64,000 bases of DNA, from positions 350,852-414,851 of the forward strand of contig NMRA01000215.1 of the NCBI GenBank assembly GCA_002633005.1, in the 5' to 3' direction. A program made the translations under genes and the position numbers. Below the pieces are notes generated by a model. It was not told where the DNA came from. It ran no database searches and saw only the letters and a program-made list of their open reading frames with translations. Shown here piece after piece: positions 52,233-64,000 of the stretch (its first letter is position 1; each line of letters begins with the position of its first letter). The stretch comes from Phoronis australis (taxonomy: Eukaryota; Animalia; Phoronida).

Positions 52233-52484
52233 CTATCCAAACTGTAGGACTCGATCGTTGGATGACAATCCTGTTGGTGAAACACACACTGTACTACTAC
52301 AATGTACTTGGTGGTCACAGCCCTTCGTGACGCAACACTTGCACGCATTATCTTCTTCTACCCACGATTCCTCTTGCTGGTCACAGTCTTTAGTGACACA
52401 ACACGTACAGACAGTGTCTTCTACCCACGATGCAAGTGACAAGCTTTTAGCGAGCAATAGACATAGCCTTTTAGAAATTTGAAA
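52233..52484 (-). CDS. Candidate terminal exon of an unknown Cys-rich repeat peptide
   Basis: Acceptor cattttcttttag|; 84 codons FQISKRLCLLLAKSLSLASWVEDTVCTCCVTKDCDQQEESWVEEDNACKCCVTKGCDHQVHCSSTVC...*; AATAAA ~130 nt downstream; start exon not identified. Confidence 0.4.
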   Translation of the reverse strand, partial: FQISKRLCLLLAKSLSLASWVEDTVCTCCVTKDCDQQEESWVEEDNACKCCVTKGCDHQVHCSSTVCVSPTGLSSNDRVLQFG

Positions 52485-53489
52485 CTAAAAGAAAATGCTT
52501 TGATATCAATAGAATTAAAAACCTTTATGAACAAACCCTAAAAATATCTGGTGAGCAGGTTCATTCATGTTTCAGTGATAAAGAACCACTTTCAATATTG
52601 CAATTTAGACTCGTAGGATGCAAAAATTACTGGGAGGCCACAAACCAATTCGACTTCGTCAAACTACCCCCCTTGTTATCACCACCACCTCCACCCCCTA
52701 ACCCTCCGTTCTAAGGTTGCCGCTATATTTGTACCGACTCCCCATGTCCACCATAGAAGGGGGGGGGGGCAATCCCGGGTATGAAGCCGTCAGGATTTGA
52801 GTAAAGTGAACCAACAAACTTTCTGGGAGATTAGGAATGGGTCTAGGGTCATGCAGCGCGCTGAAAACAGCTGCCTCCGGTAACTGTAACTGAGATCTAA
52901 CAGTGTGAAAATACAAAATTCGATAAACTATGCTAGTCGCTGGTCAGCTCAGCTATGATTCACTCGAAACAGGCAGCTTAGCTAGCACCTAGGAGTCTAC
53001 GCTGGCTCTAAGATCATGATTCTTTATGATCCAGTTTCGAGAAAAGTTTGTTTTATTTTGGTCCTTTGAAGGAATTGTTTGAAAAGGTGAGGTACCGAGG
53101 TTCCTGGTATAGTGCCTTTGAGGATGTTTCGAAATCCCCCTCCCAGTTTCTGGTGGTTGGGAAAAATGATACAGAATGTGCCTCAAAAATGTACACACAT
53201 GCCCGAAGTTCAAATTCAGTTTCGACACATGGATCACTGAGATTCTGCGCGGGCTTACCGCATGGTTACACCTTATTTTCAACGTGGGTACGTCAGTCAT
53301 AACGTGCTCCATCTTTGTAATGTGCAAGGGAATGGCAAGCAAACGATTCAGTTTTAACGAACAAAAATTCTTCGCGCTCTACCATAGGAAACAAAAACAT
53401 CAAGGAAATGCAAAGACAACCTTGCCAAGTTAATAAGCAATGAATTTAATTTGATTTATTAAAAGGCTTAAACTTATTTTTCAGTCTAC

Positions 53490-54170
53490 GGTTTGTGAAT
53501 TTAAACCATTAGTAAGTAATTCCTAAGTCAATAAGCAATTTATTATCATTTGAATTGTGAGGACATTTTGGGTCTGACATTCATCGATAGCCTTGAAACT
53601 TCTTTCTGATAGACAAAAATTGTTTAGTGTACTTTGCTATTTGGCAATCTGATGACAGATCAAATTTTCCTAATGTCAGCCTGCAACTAAGTTCAGTGAA
53701 GCATCGCAGTTCTTACAAGATTAGCTCCTAGTTGTCAAAAAATCATCTATCAATCAGTCCATTTTCGTAGATACATAAACATGTAAATCAGAAACCAACA
53801 ATAGATTCCACGAACAATACGTTTACCTTGAATTAATAACTCAATTCATTCTTAATCTCCTGTTTGTGAAATTAAAGACAAATCTTTTACTTAAGTAAAA
53901 AAAAACAATGAATTTATTGTCATTTTAATTGTGAGTATATTTTTGGGAACTGTCAGAATTTCATTAATGTCTTTGAGAGTTCTTTTAGATTGGCAAAAAT
54001 TGTTTGTGTGTACTATACTATTTGAGGATTATAGAGTTTTAACAACTTCAGGCTGCAACTAAATTCACTAAAATATCAATTCTTACAAGACTAGCTTCTT
54101 GTTGTCAAAAATCCTCCATGAATCTGTCGATTTTCGTAAATACATGAACATATAAATCAGAAACCAACGA
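53490..54170. repeat. Diverged tandem duplication, period ~370 bp
   Basis: Shared blocks aattgtgag, caaaaattgttt, ctgcaactaa, ttcttacaaga, gttgtcaaaaa, taaatcagaaaccaac in two copies. Confidence 0.75.
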
Positions 54171-54348
54171 ATTTGTTTATCAAAACGGAAATGTTGTAAG
54201 CAGTTTCCTAGGCATGCTCGCAAATTTTTGACGGATATAACCAGGAGAACATGGGAGATGGGGCATTCGTATTAAAGTCCTGGTCTCACACGTTGTTAAC
54301 ACCTTATTACATGGTTAGATGATGTTATAAGGATTCAAGAAGTACATA

Positions 54349-54505
54349 CAGTGCTGTAGTGGGGCGTAGGCGCACATAGGCGCAGGCAACCACCTTATTG
54401 GGATTTGAACGTAGCTCCTAGGCACCGTAAGTTACGTTCAGTGCTCAATGTGATACAGTGGACTTTGGGCGCCTACTTACCTCTAATTTTACCACTACAG
54501 CGCTG
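54349..54505. mobile_element. hAT MITE
   Basis: TIRs CAGTGCTGTAGTGG / CCACTACAGCGCTG; 8-bp TSD AGTACATA / AGTACCTA. Confidence 0.85.
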
Positions 54506-57500
54506 AGTACCTACCCCATAACTAATACACAATCCATAATCGAATAAAGCTTAAATAAACGCGCCACTCAGGCTCACGATTCCCACCCGAAGAACACACC
54601 GCCATTTTGAACCCGGAAGTACAATTCATTCAGGAACCCAGGCTAACTGAGAAAAACGCAGTCAGTGCGCGCTGGACCAGTGCCTGATACCAGCCTTCAA
54701 ACGGTGGTAAAATAATCGCCAGCGTGCCTTGATTTTAATAAAATCAAAATACTGACAATTTTATCGAATTTTCTGAAGAAATGTGGAGTATAAATTAGTA
54801 GTAGTTTCAGACACTTGCATAAAATTACGGGATGGTTAGTCCTGTGTCACACTGCCGCGGCAGCCCTTACCTAGCCTCAGTGCCAGCTACCAGTGAAGAC
54901 TATTGTCAAAATACAGCTTTCTCAGTAGGCCTATACAGATTTGCGCCAAGAACATCCTTAGGCCTACCTGGTCACAGCGCTCGCTCAAACGAGGTTTATT
55001 TAGAACTTGAGGTCTTCTGGCGAACTGTGCAAAGTTGTTGGCTTTCAACAGAGATTTGCCCAGACTTTGCATGAGCGCACCAAGCTTAAAAAATGGGGAG
55101 GCTGGAATTTTTGGGAATGTCTACCTTTTACTATAAGATTCACTGGGTATGTTCAGAGCTATGAATTGCAGACGCTAAATTTTGGTACTTCCTGTCTTCT
55201 AGTGGACTTTTGTCTCGTTTTCTACTTTTTTCGGAGTTCGTGCTTTTCTGACTGAGGCAGACGTTTTTCCATTTCTCCAAATGGGGGGCTCGGGCTCGTT
55301 GGAGCACATAGGTATGACAAGTCCAATACAAAATTTTATAATTTTTCATTCATTAAGTCAAAATGATCCAACTTTTTGCCATAATAAGTAACTTAGAATG
55401 CACAATACTTTACAACATTTAAGCATTACAAACACTATTCAATAGCACAAGTTTACATGATATGAAAGTGGACATACATGTACATGTATCTATTACCATG
55501 GTGACCGAATAGTGTTTCCTTACACCAGAATTTGACAAGCATGATTTAAAAAGATGTGAAATTGCAAGAATTGGAGGGTTAAAGCTTAACAATCCAACAT
55601 AGCTTATTTCTCTAATTAAAATTCTTCTTATTGTTGACTTGATAACCTGAATTAAGAAAGCAATAAGTTACAAAATATGACTTGAAAGCAATTTAGACTT
55701 AAAATTTAGAAAAAGTGAATCATTTTGTGACACCTAATCAAGCCTTGAACAGCATTTGACAGTAAAACAAAAAGACATTTCAACATTTTTTCAACTATTT
55801 TTTTAGCTTGGTGTAAGATCACCTGAATGGGAAATTCACAGTAAAACAATTCGAATATATCTTATATTTTTTGCACAAAAACACGAAAATTGAACAAAGT
55901 TTCTTTTTTGTAGCAACGTTTGTCAAAATGTATCAAAGTTAAATCTTCACAAATTGCAAAGTAACAGGTTGAACATGCCTTCCAGTTCAGCAAAATTCGC
56001 TATGTTGTCGGTGCCGTCAGAAATGAGACGGGAATTGTGAGCACATTTATCACTTAATAAGTAACAACTGCGACGCTGAAATTTGGTGAAAACTGTTGAA
56101 TCGTGCAGAATAGTAAGTAAAGATATGTCTCACTAAATTTCACCGTAAATTGTTGGCGAAAACAATTTACACAAAGTTTTAAACTCGTAACTTATCTAGC
56201 TGTCCTCCAATATGGCCGACGCGATCCAAACAAAGTGACCCAAATTTCGCCACAAAAATTGCAACAACTTTACACTACTTGCTTCGATTTTGATCCTTTT
56301 TTGATTTTTACTGAGTAGAATACACTATCTTTCCGATGATAGCAAAGTACTGTTTCAAAACGAAAAAAATTTGGTTCGACCCATATTGGTTCGACCGCCC
56401 AACATAACAGGAACTAAACACCACCTGTTTTAACATAATAAACAAAGGTACGCGTAATATTCCAAAAAAATTCAACGACCGCTAACTACAAACTATAAAT
56501 ACACTACACACAAACGAATCACGAGATATTACGATTAAAACAAAATAATGAAGACTTTTTGAGCAAGCGATAGCACATTCAGTTACAAGGAAAAAATGAC
56601 GACATTCAGGACAAGCCGGAAATGTGGGTACGGAAATAACCGATGACTGCCGGTAATTATACGCTCACAGAGAAGGGTCAAATACTGTTAAAAATCGCTT
56701 TTGGCAAGAAAGGCGAAAAGAATATAAAGAAAGGGCATATAAAATAAGATTTTATTTAGTAAGTATTTTCGGATACATTGGCAATTTGAGACAAGGACTT
56801 TAAGGTGTATTTTCGCTCATTTCAGAGGTACCTATAATGGTTCAAGACTTAAACTTGAACTTCAAAAAAACGCTGAAATCTTTGTTGATAGATTGATGAC
56901 AAATCGTGGCCTAGAAAGTTTTTTCGATATGTGCGAATTACTTACAAACAACCCATCACGACAGTTTTCAAAAGAAGTACTATTCTTGTGATACTATGGG
57001 AATAAGTATGGTTATTTTATAACTAACCATCGAAAATCATCCTTTTGTGTACAGTAATTCACAAATAGTGGTCTTCACATTCTTCAAAATTCCACCCTTT
57101 CCAAGGCGGCCAATCCTATTGTATTTTCCACTTTTTTGGTTGTTTGGATCGAATGTCGTGATACTGCTGTACTGTGCACGAATATTTTGTGTTTTTTGAT
57201 GAATTTGGATTCTCAGTTTCACCTCTTAAATACTTGGGAGTGTCATATTTACATGTATAGAAAGACAAAGGGACAATTCCTCCAAACCACCCCACCGAGA
57301 GAGGGTCCCGTCTGAAATGAGTCACCTTAAGATGAAAGGCTGAAAATTATTGAGCTCGGAAAAGAGTGACAGTTCATTCCATCGTCGTGTGACCCCTGCT
57401 AGAAGTGACCTTCCTCAACATGAAAACCGGTTGTACAATTTCATAAAAATGAAAATAGAGGTAATCGATTCCAACATTGGGCCCTCTCTCTGTGAGCGGC

Positions 57501-57660
57501 CCCTATCGAATTTGTCCATAAAAACACGAAAAGAATGTCATTAATGGCTCCTTCAAGGGGGGGGGCACGTGCCCACCGCCCACGGCCTCCTAGGGCCCTG
57601 ATATTTAGTCTCTTTATCGCGTTCTCAGTAGGCATCTTTAATATCTACAAACATCATTCA

Positions 57661-59750
57661 TACAAGACCAACGCGGAGCTTTGAAAGCGCCCACGACTGC
57701 ACCACTAACTGTGTTCCTTGTATACTTGCATCATAAAAATGGCCATTAAATGGGACAGAAGACATTGAACCCATTCAAAAATGCGAAGGTGTTGTCTCTA
57801 AAACTATTTGATAAAATCATAAAAATCTGGCAGTACTAAAAAATAAACTGCCATTAGGAGCCTCAGCAGAAGTCGAATCCGTCCATCTGCTGTAAAATGT
57901 ATTATACAGCTGCAAAATTTCAAAAGGATTTTAGAGAAGCAGTCGTATATCAGAAAAAAATGTCACAAGGTGGCACCAACATCGATCATGCTCTTGTCAG
58001 TAGGAACACATCTGACGAAATTCACAATGATCCTCAATGCAGTTTGGAAGATCACAGAAGTAGACCACAAAAACAGACTAAAATAATTAAAATGATCAGT
58101 AGTTGGTGCAGAATACGTCGAACCCATCACAAATAGGAAAGATGCCATTGTATCCATTATGGAAACTTGTTCACAAAATTTCATGGAAATTCATCAAGAA
58201 GCTCTCAAATTGCAGAGACAAAAGTAAAAAATAAACTTGTCCCAAGGGAGCACAGCCGAAGTTGGATATAGGTCTGAACGTCGGCGTCATCTATTGCCTC
58301 TCCATAAGAAAGCATTTCCTAAATATCTTTCAAAGGGTATACTATACAGCAGTGGACACAAATAATAAGTTGGCACTTTTGTTGGAACACGTCCAAAAAT
58401 CAACGGCAGCCTCCGTCTTCTCGTCGTGATTCCTCAAGCGGTTTGGTAGATGGAGAGGATGACGTTAAAAACATACTCAAAAAACTTAAAATGGCGCGGA
58501 ATACGTAAAATTCGTCTGAACATGAGAAGGCGTCGTCGTGCCCTTAATAGAAACATATTTGCAAATTTCATGATAAAACAGCCCCTATACGACAAATTTA
58601 ACCGAAAACAGGACACCTTAGTAAATTTCCTAAAAATCCGTTAAGGAGTTTCAAAGATACAGAAGACAAAGAAAATAATTGCCGCTAGGGGGCACAGCGG
58701 TAGTAGGATCCGTCCAAATATCGTTGTTGTCCGTTGTCAACTTCACAAAAATACACTTTCCAAATACAATAAAAATGCTGCAGATGGTCTGAGAGATACA
58801 GACATAGAAGGGAAAATAAAAAGTGGCACTAGGAGGCGCCAAAGTAGTCCAAGTCCGAGAATCATCACCACCCGCCCTCTTCACAGTAGAAACATATACG
58901 CTAATTTTCAAAATCATCCATAGATTGGTTTGGTTGATAGAGGGGCGTACGTCAAAACAGATTAGAAAACTCTAAAAATGGCCACCATGTAGAATCCAAC
59001 CGAAAACGGGAACATGTCATCGTTTCTTAATAGAAAGCTATTTACAACATTTCATAAAAATTCATCAGGAAACTTCAAAGAATTAGAGGAAAACGGAAAA
59101 GAAATGAAATTAACGCTTGGGGGCACAGCGGTGGTCGGATCCGTCCGAAAGTCGTCGTCGTCCGTTATCAACTTCATCTAAATGCATTTGCCAAATTTAA
59201 TAAAGATCCTGCAGATGTTTTAGAAGATACAACCATGGGCGTAACCCCACAAAAACTTCCGCTAGGAGGCGCTACAACAGTCGAAGTCGTCGGAAAATCC
59301 GCGTCAGCCGTCCCCGTCACAGTATGAATATAAATGCCAATGTTCAGAATCATACGTATAATGGTTTGGTTGATAGAGAAACGGACGCCAAAACCAGACT
59401 CGAAAACAGTAATTATAGCCACTAGGTGGTGCAAAATATCTCGAATCCATCCGAAAAGATAGCGTCATCTCACTAATTGATGTATATCTTCCAAATGTTA
59501 TGAAAATCCATCGAGGTCATTTGAAGATACAGAGGTAAACGTAAAAAAACTAAAATTACAGGCACTAGCGCTCACACCGGTTGTCGGATCTGTTCGAAAA
59601 TTCGCTCATGCCTTCCCATTCATGAAAGTTACATATATGCACAATTTCATTAACATACATCACTGTTATAGAGATAAAGCAGCGGACGCCAGACTAACGG
59701 GCAGGGATGACGGCATAATGCACCCACATATAAATATGTGGGTGCATAAA
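57661..59750 (+). mobile_element. Helentron-associated (HINE/DINE/pearl-like) non-autonomous element with internal tandem modules
   Basis: ACAAGA start; diverged repeated modules (cactaggaggcgc, atccgtcc, aaatttcat); GACG-type stretch; perfect 14-bp terminal hairpin ATGCACCCACATAT-AA-ATATGTGGGTGCAT at 59718-59747. Confidence 0.65.
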
Positions 59751-61191
59751 ATATTAAATTTGTACGTATGGAATACTATTGCAGCTCTCTGGAAACTTCA
59801 GCAACGGTCCAGTTTTTGCTTATTTATGAAGATGTCCGATTCTTCAGACTAACGATCTGAATATCATTAAGCACCATGTATATCTATGAAGCAGATGCTT
59901 TGAATACCAACAAGAACAGCAGTAGCCAGTTGGCAGTTCGGGGTGCGAATTACTGACTAGCATTTGTGGGCACCCAGGGGGGCTCGGGGGCCGAATGCAC
60001 AACGAATAGGCCTTGAACAAACCCCGTTTACCGTTTTTTTTTAGTAATAAGGTCCACAAACCCCACAATTTGAGACCCCTGCATCCCTACATCTTAGGCT
60101 GGGCGCGCGCATGTGGCGAAATTCTGGTCAATCCTGTGCCCAGGCCTCCCTAACTTAAAATCCTGGATCCGCCCCTGATAGTCTACTTTTATGTCCCCAT
60201 GTGCGTAGCGGTTCCTGGGACCTCTTTCCTTATTTGGCTACTGACATGATTTTCATTCTATAACATCTTTCCAGTGATTTTCCATTGAATGCTGGCGTGT
60301 CGTGTTTCTTGGTTTGCTACAAATTTCAAAGTGTTTGCTTAATTAGTTGGGGCACTCTGCACTCAACGAAACATTCCGAAAACGTATACACCTAAATTAG
60401 CAATTTAAGGAATAAGAAATAGTGTGTATTCTTATGTTTTCAGGTTCCATTTTTATAGAAGAAAGGAAGATAGCTGTTGGGTATGTTCGTGAATTTGTGA
60501 CCTGAGGCCTATCGAAAACAAGCGTGACGAAAACTAAGTCTAAATCAATCTGCACCTGGTCTTCCCTAACAGGCTCCTAAGAAGGTAAAAATTATTGGGG
60601 CACAAACAGATGGTTGTTTTTTGACATTTCCTGACATCCCAAAGTATTAAAGTTATTGGGTATTTCCAAAGTGCTTCCTTTCCGCCATCATCCATTTGGC
60701 ACTCAGTGTTACGCTATTATTAATGTTAACCAAGTAGAGAGTTCAGTAGACGCGAAAGTTACGGTAATACAAGAATTCGCCATGAACTGCAAACACCCAG
60801 TGCGCTTTTTAACAGTTTGGGAAAGTGGCCGATGGCAAGACATCTGTTGAATATCTCGCCGCGCAGAACTAGTCTCCCTATCGTGGAGAGATAGCAAACA
60901 TTTTGTCAGAACATCATAGGAGGCAGAATCGCTTCCTGGCCTGCCGTTTTTCTTACACTTAGAGAGTGTTTGGTTGATCTTAATTGCAGTTATTTCTCCA
61001 AGCATTTCTGATCACCTCCGCGTTTTTGCTGTACCCGACTACGTGTTGTTTGTAGGGTAAAATGGCGAAGGTGTGTCAAGAAGGCTGCGTTCTGACTGGT
61101 CCGTTAAGCCGTCACTAAAAACCCTAGCGATAGGTCAATAGTGGAGTTGCAGCTGAATCAGATTAACTATTGCGCATGTCCGGATATCAGT

Positions 61192-63320
61192 CAGGCCCGT
61201 AGGAAGGTAAAAATTATTGGGAGGGGGGGGGGGCACCGACCCTGGTCGATACGTAACTTCTAATTTCGAAACCACTGCGTTGCACTACTGGGGTGTATAT
61301 ATCAACGCTGTAAAATGAACTACTGCAACCACTTGGTACGTTTTGAATNGGATCTTTGACGTGATGATCCTTTGCACAAGCTAGGACTTCATCCCAGAAG
61401 TTTTTAAATTCTCTGTCGTTTCTCAGCCGTTCTAATGTAGTAAGGGTCATTTTGGCAATCTTTTGAGCCTCAGCCGCGGACATCTGAACGCTTTGTAAAG
61501 TTGTACTCAGATTGTCAGCATGCACCAACAGGCACTCTGAAAGTACTAAACCGTAAAAGAAACTAAACTGTGTCATGTGAGACTGAATTCCACGTATCCG
61601 CGCTTTCATTTCTGAATCATTGCAATTTTGGACTCCCCAGGACCAGAGTTCCTGTAAACAATTATAGTTACCTATCACACGATTCAGAGCGTCAGCCTTC
61701 ACGGTCCATCTCGTTGGACACAGTTGCCGAATATTACCCACTTCTCTGTCGTCAAGCAACGCATCTCATATTTTATTCAACTGTGTGTTACGTTTGGGAG
61801 ATTTTTTATCAGTTTGGTAATTTCGTACGTGGTGTCTAAAGCATCTGCCATCAGCTTGAATCGTTTGATGCTATCTGAGCAGGCAAGATTCAAGGCGTGG
61901 CCATAACAATATGTGTACAGGGCGCGATGTTCTTCCTGTTTATTGTTGACAACGACTCCATTTTTGGACCCACTCATTGTGCTGCAACCATCATAGCATT
62001 GACCACGACATCTGCTTAAAGACAAGTTCATCCGCAACAGTGTGTCTTTTAGAAGTGACGTAATTGTTTGGGCATCCATCAATTCCAAGCGGCGAAATCC
62101 GATGAAATCTTCATGGGGTTGTAATGATTCGTCTACCCATCGGATACAAACGACGAGTTGTTCGCTATTAGACACGTCAGTAGTTTCGTCTGCCAGTATA
62201 CTAAAATAAGGACTGCCGCGAATGCACGACGNGCGAAAGCTCTCCCATATTGGAGATTGCGTACGTTTGGGGGTGGTCCTCTTCATACAATGCATTGGCC
62301 TTCTTTGTAGATGCGTCACTCCAGCATTTAACCGCAAAATGGTTATATTTTCTGCATTTATTGCATTGCTTTCCTTTTGCTGGACATTTTCACCCTGCCT
62401 GAGTCCACAGCTTTGACACTCATGCTGTTTGCTTGTCTGTGTCTGTTTTTTGTTCCTTTGGGTTGACTGGTGCTTCTTTCTAGTGTTGACTGCATGGACG
62501 CCCGTTGTAGCCTCTCCGACCAACTTCATCTGTGCTGATGTTGATTCGGCTGCCCTGCAAATCTCATCGGTTTTTTCAACGTCAGTGAAGCTTCTCTGAG
62601 TAGGGGTTCACGTACCTTGGGATCTCTAATGCCGAATACCAAACGATCTCTGACTATGTCGTCTGGCGTGATGTCAGCAAACTCGCACCTCTCGGCCAAT
62701 TTTCGCAAAGCCGCCTTGTACTGCTCATACGATTCGCCTGGTTCCTGTACACGCTAATTAAAGCAGTATCTCTCAAATGGGGCGTTCTTTTTTGGTTCGC
62801 TATACGCCGCAAACCTGTCCATTACAGCACCAATCTGTTCTCTTTCGGCATCAGTCATGTCGAAGGTGTAGAAAAGATCTCTTGCTTATTCTTCAATTAC
62901 AGTAAGGAATGTTGCTACCTGAACATTTTCCGGCTTCTTGTTTAGTTCCGATGCCAGTGAGTAATTCGCCCAAGCATTCCGGAATTTCCTCCATCCTTCT
63001 GCCACATTGTTGGAGTGCAAATCCAAGGGGGAGGGAGGAGGTAGACCATAAGCGTGGGCCATCGTGAGTCGCAATCTGAGACACCAGGGACTTCTTAAGC
63101 ACGTCTTTAAAGTCAAGTCAGAGTAAAAACTGGAATGGACNAGCTGCCTGATCCACACGTTTTTATGGTGTTTTTCTGATAACTAAGTCAGATTCTTCAA
63201 TTTCGTTATAAGTCTGAAAAAACTGTACTTCAAATCAAAATACAATGTTGCAGAAGCTTCTACGCTGAAAATGTTTGGGGGGCACGGGCCCTCCCGGCCC
63301 CCCCGCTTCCTACGGCCCTG
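61192..63320 (-). mobile_element. hAT transposon (ZMYM1/DUF4371-type transposase), fragmented by N joins
   Basis: TIRs CAGGCCCGTAGGAAG / CTTCCTACGGCCCTG; transposase motifs YFSILADETTDVSNSEQL, GQCYDG, YCYGHALNL, LCPTRW at 61350-62231. Confidence 0.85.
62233..63140 (-). mobile_element. Gypsy gag fragment (frameshifted) between single-N joins
   Basis: PPPSPLDL..NVAEGWRKFR..QVATFL; FERYCFN; LRKLAERCEF..VRDRLVFGIRD; CQSCG knuckle. Confidence 0.85.
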
Positions 63321-63408
63321 GGTAACAGGAGTGATTTTTGCAGCGTGCGGTCCTGAGCATGATAAATATCTGGGAGCAAAATAGTCCTAATCAATATATA
63401 GTAAAATG

Positions 63409-63585
63409 TGTAACGAATTGCTGTTAACTCGTAGATTTTAACTAATAAAACATCACTTTATTATATCATGACCTCATGGTCTGAGACAGGAAGTTGATGA
63501 CAACAGGAAGTAGCTCTGACTAAACTATCATTACGACTAAAGTCCAATAATCCGAATAAAACGTGTAATCGAACATCACGTCACA
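63409..63585 (-). mobile_element. 3' LTR (177 bp) of a Gypsy element
   Basis: TG..CA termini with TGTAACG/CGTCACA inverted repeat, preceded on the minus strand by polypurine tract AGAAAGGGAAGGA. Confidence 0.75.
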
Positions 63586-64000
63586 TCCTTCCCTTTCTGA
63601 ACTTAAAGCTTATCTAAAGTCTCTGAACTAGAAAACTATGAACTAAGAACAAAGTCCGCAAATCGCTGTGGTGTACGTCTCGCGCGAGTCGATCGTCGTG
63701 GTTGGACTCCTTCTGGACGAGCTCTAGGAATATCCTCTTCTGGAGTTATTGGTGGTGACTCGGGTGTTGTTGACTCATGTGGTGACTCGGGTGTTGTGTG
63801 GTCATCAGCCACCTTGGGCTCTTCTGTTTTCAACAGATCTCACCGATTCCTCCTATAGACTGTTGGTCCCACTTGGATGTCGTAACTACGTGGACCGAAC
63901 TGGTTGCGGCAGATTCCGGGGGTATATGTCTTGTTCTCACCCGGCACCTTCAGACGCACAGCATCACCAAGCTCAATTATGGGTAGATCCTTTGCGCCTT
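63586..64000 (-). mobile_element. Gypsy integrase C-terminus (continues beyond right edge)
   Basis: AKDLP..LGDAVR...GPRSYDI...YRRNR..LL...RRSTRARRTPQRF. Confidence 0.85.

Noticed and set aside
52989-53433. Overlapping 84-117 aa ORFs on both strands
   Set aside because: No recognisable domain or convincing splice structure.
61777-62529. 250-aa ORF that looks like a gag-hAT transposase fusion
   Set aside because: The switch falls exactly at an N (62232), so it is most likely an assembly join and not a real chimeric protein.

Overview
Eukaryotic genomic DNA from an invertebrate metazoan (AT-rich, GT-AG introns, draft assembly with one 64-N gap and several single-N joins). The left 41 kb holds two head-to-head spliced genes. 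An EDRF1 orthologue lies on the minus strand; its first four coding exons span 7864->1815 and the gene runs off the left edge. A complete FAM193A/B orthologue lies on the plus strand (17 coding exons, 11371-38390, 4356 nt, 1451 aa, all phases consistent). They share a CRE/YY1-containing promoter region near 11.2 kb. Their introns contain MITEs, SINEs, LINE tails and a THAP-encoding Kolobok-like insertion that appears to be captured as filled and empty alleles across the gap. The right 22 kb is mostly decayed transposons: a DIRS-type retroelement split by a LINE, a CR1-like LINE, Gypsy remnants, a Helentron/HINE-like element and a hAT. It also contains one unexplained candidate exon (52233-52484, minus) encoding tandem Cys-rich CxCCxxxxC peptide repeats with a coding-type substitution pattern. 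Gene and element identities come from recalled family motifs, not database searches. No CRISPR array, rRNA or bona fide tRNA was seen.
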